A stretch of 40,950 nt of DNA. Origin: Candidatus Xenobia bacterium (GTDB lineage: Bacteria > Vulcanimicrobiota > Xenobia > Xenobiales > QWHO01). Below, one piece after another: positions 9,617 through 17,469 of this stretch. The notes under the pieces are model-generated. The model saw nothing but the letters and a program-made list of their open reading frames with translations. It ran no database searches and was not told where the DNA came from. Within the stretch, counting starts at the first letter, position 1. Every line of letters starts with the position of its first letter. The stretch covers positions 1 to 40,950 of the forward strand of contig BTUM01000071.1 of the NCBI GenBank assembly GCA_045863235.1, given 5' to 3'. The position numbers and the translations under genes were made by a program.

Positions 9617-10984
9617 ATGCTGGGTGCACTGCCGGCTGTCGGGTTTCTGACCACGGGTTTCGGGATGTCCTCGGGAGCGATGGCCCTGATGACCGTGGGG
9701 AGTCTGGCGGGTTTCATGACCGGGCCGCCGCCGCAGGTTAACTCAGGGCAACTCCCCAACGGGCAGGGCCCGGGCTACAATTTCTTCGGAATCGAAGGGC
9801 AGGGCCCGAGCTATAATTATCTCGGCTCCACCCCGCAGGCCAGCGGTTATCTCAACCAGGCCGTCTGGAACCTCAACGCTGCCCCCTGGAACAACGTCCA
9901 CTACGGACAGATTCAGGCCACCTGCGGCTGCCAGGCCACCTCGGAGTTCCCCTACAACGGAGTCCAGTACCAGGCGCCGGCCCCACCGCCGCCCCAGTAC
10001 GCGCAGCCTCCTATGGGCAGCTACGACGTCAGCCAGGCTTTTGGCAACCCCTACGTCTATGGCTCCCCCACGGCTTACCAGGGTTACTTCCAGCAGAGCA
10101 TGTTCGCCCAGAATCCCTTCCCCATGCAGGGCCCCCCTGGACATAGCATTTACAGCCAGCCGGCCTACCAGCATCCCCAGGCCTACGCCCCCACTTACAG
10201 CCAGCCCTATAGCTACGGTCTGGAGGCCTACCAGACCGGACTTTACCAGTACGGCTCTCAGCCGGTCAGCTCGTATCAGCCTTACTATCAGCCCTACAAC
10301 ACCCAGCCAGTCAGCTATGGCAGCTACCAGCCGCAACCGGTCAGCTACGAGCCCCAGCCCTACGGCTACCAGCCGCCCACATCCCACCCCTGCCCCCCTC
10401 CGACCGGGGGCGTGGAGCCCTACGCCCGGGTCCAGAACGGGCAGGTAGCCTATCCCAACCTGCCCCCCTTTGAATCGGTGACCAGCTGGGCCTCGGCCAG
10501 CCAGGTGGTAGCCCTGCGCCTGACCGGTGACCCCGGCGCCCAGGCCACCTACCACTTCACCTCCACCGACCCCCATCTCAATCACGATGGACGGGCCAAC
10601 GAGCGCACCACCGTCTGGTGGGCTCTGCAGCAGAATGATCGGCTGCGTTTCGACGCCGACAGTAAGAACTTTTTCCTCACCTACCCGGACGGCAGCACCC
10701 GGAACGTGGAGACGCTGGCCAACCTGATGAGCGTTCGTCAGGCCTCGGGCTGGGACGGGCAGGTGGCCTACAAGGCCTTCGGGGACCGTATCCAGGAGGT
10801 CATGGTGACCAGCGACCTGATCTACCCGCCTTATCAACCGGGAGCCAGCGCGCTGACCACCAACCCGTTCGGCACCCAGTGGGACAATATTTTCCCGCGC
10901 CCCGACATGGTGGGCCACTTCGGCTACCCCACCGTCAACTTGCCGCCCGGCACGACGCTGATTCCGCCCAATGGGCTCGGCTGA
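9617..10984 (+). CDS. Hypothetical protein with a Q/Y/P/S/G-rich low-complexity region and a C-terminal globular domain
   Basis: Start moved to ATG 9617 (strong RBS); 455 aa; good GC3 bias; no family recognised. Confidence 0.8.
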   Translation: MLGALPAVGFLTTGFGMSSGAMALMTVGSLAGFMTGPPPQVNSGQLPNGQGPGYNFFGIEGQGPSYNYLGSTPQASGYLNQAVWNLNAAPWNNVHYGQIQATCGCQATSEFPYNGVQYQAPAPPPPQYAQPPMGSYDVSQAFGNPYVYGSPTAYQGYFQQSMFAQNPFPMQGPPGHSIYSQPAYQHPQAYAPTYSQPYSYGLEAYQTGLYQYGSQPVSSYQPYYQPYNTQPVSYGSYQPQPVSYEPQPYGYQPPTSHPCPPPTGGVEPYARVQNGQVAYPNLPPFESVTSWASASQVVALRLTGDPGAQATYHFTSTDPHLNHDGRANERTTVWWALQQNDRLRFDADSKNFFLTYPDGSTRNVETLANLMSVRQASGWDGQVAYKAFGDRIQEVMVTSDLIYPPYQPGASALTTNPFGTQWDNIFPRPDMVGHFGYPTVNLPPGTTLIPPNGLG

Positions 10985-11143
10985 AGGAATTTCAAAGCCG
11001 ATCTGAGAAGCAAAGCTCGCTTCCGATGGCGAAGCGATTCAGGTCGAGCCCGGGTTTCCGGGTACGGCTCGTCTCCTGTTGCGCGCAACTGGAGGGAACT
11101 ACCATGACGCAGCTGTCTGGCTGCTCCCGAGGGGTTTGGCCCG

Positions 11144-12982
11144 ATGTTTGTGGCACCCGTCCTGGCCCAGCTCGGCGATCTTGGCCGAAGGTTTGGCGAG
11201 GGGCAGGCCGAGCTTTCCGATCTCGAGCAAGCCGGCCGGGCCGCCCTCTCCTACTGCCGTGATCACCGATTCTTGTTCGAGCGGGTGGCCTGCAGCATCG
11301 TCATTGACCGGGCCGTGGCCGAGTTGCAGCGCCAGTATCGGGCCGAGCTCGAGGCCCAGGAGCAGGCCCTGGACCGACTCCTGCAGACCGCCCGCGAAGG
11401 ACGCCAGCGCGGGCTGCAAGAAGCCCTGGGCACGGTCATGAGCACGGCCGGACGCTGCCAGGAGCTGGCCGCCCAGCTGCGGGCCGAGGAGGAGAAGCGC
11501 CCGCGCTACTCACCGGTCAGTGAGGTGGACCAGTTCATCAAGGTGGGCATCAATGTGCTCAATGGCGCCCTCCCGGCCGTCGAGCTCGAGTCCCGGCTGA
11601 GCGCCACCATCAAGGTCGTGGAAGGACTGGCCCTGGACGTGGAGCGCTTTCGGCGCCTGTATGACCGGTCAGACCTGGTTCAGCCCTCCATCGAACCGCT
11701 GGCTCAGATGCGCGCCGGGCTGGGGGCGGTGGCTCAAGCCTTCCGGGAAGCGAACTCCCAGACCCTGCTGGACGGGCTCAAGCTGCTCGGGGCCGGCTCC
11801 ACCGGAATGCTGACCAGCCTGCGCGCCTTCGAAGAGGTCGCCCGGGCCCAGTCTTCCGTCCCGATCCTCAACGAGCTGCGCCTGGGCCAGGAGCGGCTTC
11901 ATCCTGAGGCCGACCGCGAGCTGATTCGCCTGCTCTGGGGGCGGGTCGAGCAAACCTTCTACCACTATGAGAACGAGGTGCGCTCGGTGCGCGAGCTGTC
12001 GCTCTTCCCGCTGCTGGAGGCGGAGTGGTCGCGCACCGACACGGCCACCCGCGAGCTCGGCCGGGAGATGACCAGAGTCGCTCCCCTCTATGCCGACAAT
12101 CCGCGGGGCACCCCTCTGGTGGCCCTGGAAGGCGGCTTCGAGAAGGTTCGCCAGGGCCTGGAAGAGCTGTGGCGCCGGCTGGAAGCCGAGATGGCCAAGC
12201 TGGCCGAGGCTCCCCAGTTCGAGCTGCTCCGTGAGCTGGTGCTGCAGGTGGCCCGGGGGCGGGCTTCTCGGCTTGATCTGGAGCGGGCCCTGGAGCACAA
12301 TCGCAAGCTGCAAGAAGAGCTGCTCTCCGAGGTGCAGGGAGAGCTGGCCGAGTTGCTGTCGGCCCAGGGCGAAGCCTACGCCGAGATGGCCCTGTTCCTG
12401 CAAGATGACGATCCGGCTCACGTGTTGCAGGGCTGGACCCGGCTGGAGGCCACTCTGCCTCGCATGATCGAGCTGGTCAAGGCGGCGCGCGCTTCGCTGG
12501 GGGCTCAGTCGCCCCAGCAGGTGTCTTGTTTCCGGTGCGGGGCCGTCAATCCGCCCGGTCAGGGCTTCTGTCGCTCCTGTAAGGCGGTGCTGGGCTCCAG
12601 CACCGGTCCCACCGAGTACACTGACATCACCGCCGGTCCGCCTCGGGGGCGGTCCCCGGCCCATCTGGCCCGGCTCGAGCAGCTGGTGGCCGGAGTCGAG
12701 CTGGGCGCCTCCAGCCGCGAGGAGCTGATTGCAGAGATCGACAAGCAGATGGATCGGGCTGATGACATCTGGCGTCAGTTCGAGGCCCAGGTCAGCCCGC
12801 TGACGGGTCAAAACGAGGCCCTGGATGCCTACGTGCACTTCTTCATCGAGCAGATGAGCAACTACATGGAAGGTCTGGAGGCGATGCGCGAGGGCGACCT
12901 GCACCACGGCCTCTCGCTCTGCCAGGCTTCGGGACACGAGCTGGTGGGCCTGAAGGCGCGCATCGAGGAGGCCCTGCGATGA
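11144..12982 (+). CDS. Helical/coiled-coil repeat protein with an internal double zinc ribbon
   Basis: 612 aa; CFRCGAVNPPGQGFCRSC; GAGGGG RBS; ATGA overlap with the next gene. Confidence 0.8.
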   Translation: MFVAPVLAQLGDLGRRFGEGQAELSDLEQAGRAALSYCRDHRFLFERVACSIVIDRAVAELQRQYRAELEAQEQALDRLLQTAREGRQRGLQEALGTVMSTAGRCQELAAQLRAEEEKRPRYSPVSEVDQFIKVGINVLNGALPAVELESRLSATIKVVEGLALDVERFRRLYDRSDLVQPSIEPLAQMRAGLGAVAQAFREANSQTLLDGLKLLGAGSTGMLTSLRAFEEVARAQSSVPILNELRLGQERLHPEADRELIRLLWGRVEQTFYHYENEVRSVRELSLFPLLEAEWSRTDTATRELGREMTRVAPLYADNPRGTPLVALEGGFEKVRQGLEELWRRLEAEMAKLAEAPQFELLRELVLQVARGRASRLDLERALEHNRKLQEELLSEVQGELAELLSAQGEAYAEMALFLQDDDPAHVLQGWTRLEATLPRMIELVKAARASLGAQSPQQVSCFRCGAVNPPGQGFCRSCKAVLGSSTGPTEYTDITAGPPRGRSPAHLARLEQLVAGVELGASSREELIAEIDKQMDRADDIWRQFEAQVSPLTGQNEALDAYVHFFIEQMSNYMEGLEAMREGDLHHGLSLCQASGHELVGLKARIEEALR

Positions 12983-14136
12983 GCTCGGTGAGGCGCCAGC
13001 TCGAGCTGTTGCAGCGCACCCGGCCGGCTGCGCCGGCCCCCATCTCTGAGCCCCGGGAGGAGGAAGGGCCCTTCCTGCTGCGCTCCTGGGAGGCAGACGT
13101 CGCTCACGCCCATGGTCCCTGGCCGCTCACCTCGGTGCGCGGCTTCTCGCGCTGCTGGCTCGAGCGGCTGGGCTTGCCCGAGCTCGACCCCGAGCGGGTG
13201 ATCTTCCTGGATACCGAGACCACCGGTCTTTCTGGTGGCACCGGCACCTACGCCTTCCTGATCGGCCTGGCCTGGGTGGAGGACGGCCGGTTGGTGGTGG
13301 AGCAGCTCTTGATGCGCGAGTACAAGGAGGAGGCAGCTCTGCTGGGGTATCTCAAAGAGCGCCTGGAGGGCTGCGGGGGGCTGGTCACCTACAACGGGAA
13401 GAGCTTTGACCTGCAGCTCTTGCAGACGCGCTTCATCATGAAGCGGCTCAAGGTCGACCTGGAAAGCATCCCGCACCTTGATCTGCTGCACCCCTGCCGG
13501 CGCATCTGGGGGTCGAGCTACGCCGACTGCCGCCTGGAGACGTTGGAAAGCGAGCTATTGGGCCAGCCCCGCAGCCACGACGTGCCCGGCTGGATGATCC
13601 CGCGCATCTACTTCAACTTCCTGCGCTCTCAGAACCTGAGCTCGCTGCGTCGCATCCTGGAGCACAACCGGCGCGATCTGCTGGCCCTGATGGGCCTGGT
13701 GGGTGCCCTGCGCGGCTGCCTGGAGCAGCCCGAGCAGCCCCGCGAAGGGCTGGCCGACTTCGGGCTGGGCCGATGGCTGGAGGAGCTGGGTCTGCAGAAG
13801 CTCGGCTGGCAACTGATGGAGCGGGCCCTCTCGCGCAGTCTGCCTCCCGTGCACCGGCGCTCAGCCGCCCTGCGGGTGGCCCGGGCCCGGCGCCGGGCCG
13901 GCGATCAGGGCGGGGCGGCCAACCTGTGGGCCGAGCTGTTGACCGAGCACCCGCACGACCCGGCCGCCGGGGTGGAGCTGGCCAAGTATCTCGAGCACCA
14001 CCGCAAGGATTACCAGGCGGCGCTGCAGTTGGTGGAGGGAGTGCTGAGCCGACGCGACCTGCCCGCCTCGCTCAGACGAGCGCTGCAAGAGCGGCAGGGG
14101 CGCTTGCTCAAGAGGGTTTCAGCAGATTGCCCATGA
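12979..14136 (+). CDS. YprB/MrfB-like DEDD exonuclease (RNase_H_2) with C-terminal TPR-like region
   Basis: FLDTETTGLSGGTGTYAFLIG, VTYNGKSFD, HLDLLHPCRR, LEHNRRDL; C-terminal VELAKYLEHHRKDY helical repeat. Confidence 0.88.
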   Translation: MSSVRRQLELLQRTRPAAPAPISEPREEEGPFLLRSWEADVAHAHGPWPLTSVRGFSRCWLERLGLPELDPERVIFLDTETTGLSGGTGTYAFLIGLAWVEDGRLVVEQLLMREYKEEAALLGYLKERLEGCGGLVTYNGKSFDLQLLQTRFIMKRLKVDLESIPHLDLLHPCRRIWGSSYADCRLETLESELLGQPRSHDVPGWMIPRIYFNFLRSQNLSSLRRILEHNRRDLLALMGLVGALRGCLEQPEQPREGLADFGLGRWLEELGLQKLGWQLMERALSRSLPPVHRRSAALRVARARRRAGDQGGAANLWAELLTEHPHDPAAGVELAKYLEHHRKDYQAALQLVEGVLSRRDLPASLRRALQERQGRLLKRVSADCP

Positions 14137-15274
14137 CCCGCAGGCGGGCGGCCTTCAGCTGACGGGCCTTGTACTCGTCGTGGGAGGAGGCTCCGTTGAG
14201 GCTCTGGCCGTGGTTGTGGAGATCCATCAGCTGCACTTCGAAGGGGAAGAGGAAGTGTTGCTCGCGCGGTGAGCGCTCCTCCAACTCCTCGAGCATGGCC
14301 TCCAGCTCCGGCCCCACGTGGAAACGCTGCAGGTAGGCCCGCATCTTCTGGGCCATCTTGAAGGTGGGGCTCTGAACCTTCACCAGGTGCCGGCAGGTGA
14401 AGCGAATCGAGCGGTATTCCGGGCTCGAATAAGGATTCTCCAGCACCAGGTCGGGTGCCTCGACCCGCTCGTGATGGTGCTGCACGGCATAGTCCTCGAA
14501 GTCGAGCTCGGGCGGGTGCTCTTCCTCGAAGCGGTGGTGGAACTGGTCCAGGTCGAGCATGTTGTTGCGCGAGCGCCCGGGCGTCACGTTGGCAAAGATC
14601 ACCAGGTTGTGCTTGCGCATGTAGCGCAAGACCATCAGGGCATCGAGCTGCTCGGGCACCACCAGCTTGATGCCCAGCCGGTCGTAGACATCCTGAGCCA
14701 CGTTGTTGGGCTTGTGCAGCAGCTTGAGGATCAGGCTGTCGCGGCTCTTGTCCTCCTTGAAGTAGACTCCCTCCAGCGGTACGGCCTCGGGTCCCCGGCC
14801 CAGGCTGAGCTGGCCCGTCTCGCCGTCCTTGAAGATGTGGTGGCTGAATCGGTCCAGGATCTGCCTTTTGATCTCGTGGTAGAACTCGGAGCGGATGGTG
14901 TGGTTGAGGTGGCTGATGGTGTGCATCACCCGCAGCACGGCGCAGGACCACATCTGCAGGTTGTCGCGCTCCGGGCTGGAGGCCCACATCAACAGGTCGA
15001 CCAGGTCCTGAGGTCGCTCCACCTCGGCCGGGAGGGTCAGGCCATCGCTGAAGTAGCGCTTGATGAAGGCCACCGCCTCGAGATGCACCCGGTTGGCCTC
15101 GTCGCGCTCGTCCTCCTGGTCCAGGTCGTAGCCATAGTCGGCCAGGAACTTGCGGGCCTCGCGGCGATCGTCGAAGGCCAGGGCGGGCAGGTCGATGGGG
15201 GAGTCGCCCTCGATGAAGACCCGCAGGATCTCCCAGGCGAAATCATAGCGGGTCCTGCCCAGCGTGCCGCTCAT
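14108..15274 (-). CDS. TIGR04552/TIGR04562-like protein (RelA/SpoT-type nucleotidyltransferase fold)
   Basis: SLILKLLHKP, YDRLGIKLV, GRSRNN, NPYSSPEYRSIRFT, FPFEVQLMD, SHDEYKARQ; start taken at MSGTLGR (15274), uncertain. Confidence 0.7.
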   Translation of the reverse strand: MSGTLGRTRYDFAWEILRVFIEGDSPIDLPALAFDDRREARKFLADYGYDLDQEDERDEANRVHLEAVAFIKRYFSDGLTLPAEVERPQDLVDLLMWASSPERDNLQMWSCAVLRVMHTISHLNHTIRSEFYHEIKRQILDRFSHHIFKDGETGQLSLGRGPEAVPLEGVYFKEDKSRDSLILKLLHKPNNVAQDVYDRLGIKLVVPEQLDALMVLRYMRKHNLVIFANVTPGRSRNNMLDLDQFHHRFEEEHPPELDFEDYAVQHHHERVEAPDLVLENPYSSPEYRSIRFTCRHLVKVQSPTFKMAQKMRAYLQRFHVGPELEAMLEELEERSPREQHFLFPFEVQLMDLHNHGQSLNGASSHDEYKARQLKAARLRVMGNLLKPS

Positions 15275-15360
15275 AGAGGGAGCATTTGTTCTTGGAAGGC
15301 TGATTTCCTCGGCAAGCCGAACTCGAGGGCGCATTCTTTTGAAGGGAGCCTTGACTGGCA

Positions 15361-15990
15361 ATGGCCGAGGAAGAGAAGGAGGACAAGTCCTCCGAGCACT
15401 GGGAGATTCTGTTCGGAGTGGTGCTGGCCATCTTTGCGGCGGTGTTGGCCATCTGCGATCTGGGAGCTGGCAAGTACGGCGACGACGAGATTCTGGCCGC
15501 CAACGAGAAGGCAGGAGCCTATCTGTGGTACCAGAGCAAGGGCATCAAGCAGACCCTGGTGGAGGGTCAGGCTAACTTCATGACCACCATGATTGAGACG
15601 GGCTCGGTCGACAAGTCCAAAGTGGCCTCGGTGGAGGCCGAGGTGGCCAAACTGAGAACCAAAGTCGAACGTTACGAGAAAGAGAAGACCGAGATCCTGG
15701 AGGGGTCGGAGAAGGTGGGCAAGGAGAACTGGGTCCAGGAAGTGGATGGCAAGCTGGGCCAGGTGCCGGGGGCCAAGGAGTTCGACCGGGTGGCTCGCGA
15801 GCTGGGCAAGGTGGGCGACGTCTTTGACCAGGGCACGCTGTATCTGCAGATGTGCCTGGTGATGGGCGCCATCGGCATCATCTCGCGCCAGGAGGGGATG
15901 AAGCGCGTCTTCTTCGCCTTCCTGCTCGTGCTGGGGCTGCTGGGCAGTTACTATACCTGGATAGCTTACCAGCAAGCGGGCAAAATCTAA
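15361..15990 (+). CDS. DUF4337-like membrane protein
   Basis: N-terminal TM (VLAIFAAVLAI), WYQSKGIKQ, coiled coil and two C-terminal TM helices. Confidence 0.75.
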   Translation: MAEEEKEDKSSEHWEILFGVVLAIFAAVLAICDLGAGKYGDDEILAANEKAGAYLWYQSKGIKQTLVEGQANFMTTMIETGSVDKSKVASVEAEVAKLRTKVERYEKEKTEILEGSEKVGKENWVQEVDGKLGQVPGAKEFDRVARELGKVGDVFDQGTLYLQMCLVMGAIGIISRQEGMKRVFFAFLLVLGLLGSYYTWIAYQQAGKI

Positions 15991-16184
15991 AGCGTACGGT
16001 TTTTGTTTGGTTGACGTACGTTACGGGCCGGTATACCCACGTGGTCGTCTGGCGCAACTGATCAGCCCGGACGCAGGGCGTTGCTGGCCTCGTGAGCCCT
16101 GTGGGTGTGGTCGCGCTCGAGCTCCGGCCCCTGGTCACGAAGGACCGGACCATCCTCGAGCACTGTCCACTGGCCCTCTGGTGA

Positions 16185-16631
16185 TCAGGACTGGCTCTTG
16201 GAGTTGAGATACTCGCCGACCACTCCGGCTACCTCGCCCAGAGCCACCAGGGGCAGGGCCATGACGCCCGCGCCGAAAGCCAGGCCGGCAAAGCCGAGGG
16301 CGGTGATGCCGTGGCCCAGCGCGATCAACTGGCGTTGAGGCGGCCGGTTGAAGGCCAGGTGCTCTTCTCCCCAGCGGTCTCTTTCGCTGCCGACCAGGTT
16401 GGTCATCGCGTAGACTGCGTGGCCGACCGCCATGGCGCCGCACACCCAGCCTCCCATGTTCTTGAAGACCGAGCCGTCGGGGGCCAGGGTGCTGGCGGTA
16501 GCGGCATACACGTCCAGCGCTCCCACGCCGGCGTAGATGGCGCCCTTGAGGCGGCTGGTGCGCACCCGGTCGCTGTAGGTTTGATTGGTGCCCGAGCTGG
16601 CGGCTACGGGCGCCGTGCTTACCACGTTCAT
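16185..16631 (-). CDS. Small Gly/Ala-rich membrane protein (paralog 3 of 3)
   Basis: 148 aa; GHGITALGFAGLAFGAGVMALPLVALG; AGGAGAG RBS. Confidence 0.8.
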   Translation of the reverse strand: MNVVSTAPVAASSGTNQTYSDRVRTSRLKGAIYAGVGALDVYAATASTLAPDGSVFKNMGGWVCGAMAVGHAVYAMTNLVGSERDRWGEEHLAFNRPPQRQLIALGHGITALGFAGLAFGAGVMALPLVALGEVAGVVGEYLNSKSQS

Positions 16632-16643
16632 AGAGCTCTCCTC

Positions 16644-17012
16644 TTAATGGAAATGGGCAAAGTTGCTGACGATGGCGCCGGTGGCCACGATGGGCAGAGC
16701 CCAGGCTCCCAGGCCGAAGGCCAGACCCGCGTAACCGGCCACCTGCAACCCTTCGCCGAAGGCCTGGGTGAGAAACTTCTGCTTCTGCAGAGGGGTGATG
16801 CTCTCTTCGGTCGCCCGGCTCAGCCGGCTGATGCCGAAGGCCGCGTGACCGACGCCCATGCCGACGTTGAGCCAGAACAGCCCGGGCGTGCTGGGCTGCA
16901 TGACGGTCAGCCCCGTGACGAAGGCATCCGCCACATCGGTGACGGCTCGACTCACGTGCTTGGCCGTGGTCTGCAGCCGTCTCTCGCTGTAGGGCACACT
17001 ATCCACTTTCAT
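16644..17012 (-). CDS. Small Gly/Ala-rich membrane protein (paralog 2 of 3)
   Basis: 122 aa; GEGLQVAGYAGLAFGLGAWALPIVATG; GAGGT RBS. Confidence 0.8.
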   Translation of the reverse strand: MKVDSVPYSERRLQTTAKHVSRAVTDVADAFVTGLTVMQPSTPGLFWLNVGMGVGHAAFGISRLSRATEESITPLQKQKFLTQAFGEGLQVAGYAGLAFGLGAWALPIVATGAIVSNFAHFH

Positions 17013-17019
17013 TGCTTGT

Positions 17020-17469
17020 TCACCTCGCTCCCGTGTAGGTTTGAACTGTCTGGGTGACCACCGTGGCCACCACTCCCAAACCGGTTACGGCCGCCGTCCA
17101 CGGCCCCCATCCCAGGGCCTGTCCGGCCAGGCCGGCGGCGGTCACGAAGCTGCCGGCCGCGCTGGCGATCCGCCAGGGGCCGGGAGATTCCTCGCCGCCA
17201 AAGACTCTGTAGGCAGCCACCCCCAGGTTGGCCACCGCCAGCACGCCCGAAGCGATCCGCAGCGGCATCCAGGCGTCGGCGGCAGTGCCCGGGCTGAGCT
17301 GGTCGAGCACGAAGCCGCCCAGGCTGCCCTGGGCCACCTGCCCGGCGGCCACGCTGGTCAGCCCGGTGGTCAGGCTGGCTGCCCCCATGGCCACCGACTG
17401 CGCCACCTGCAGCCGCCGCCCGCGCCGCTCCCGCTCGTAGGGCAGCAAGCTCGACTCGCTGACGTTCAT
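17020..17469 (-). CDS. Small Gly/Ala-rich membrane protein (paralog 1 of 3; start corrected to MNVSESS)
   Basis: 149 aa; GSFVTAAGLAGQALGWGPWTAAVTGLG; ATGA overlap with the upstream gene's stop and AGGAGG RBS. Confidence 0.8.
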   Translation of the reverse strand: MNVSESSLLPYERERRGRRLQVAQSVAMGAASLTTGLTSVAAGQVAQGSLGGFVLDQLSPGTAADAWMPLRIASGVLAVANLGVAAYRVFGGEESPGPWRIASAAGSFVTAAGLAGQALGWGPWTAAVTGLGVVATVVTQTVQTYTGAR

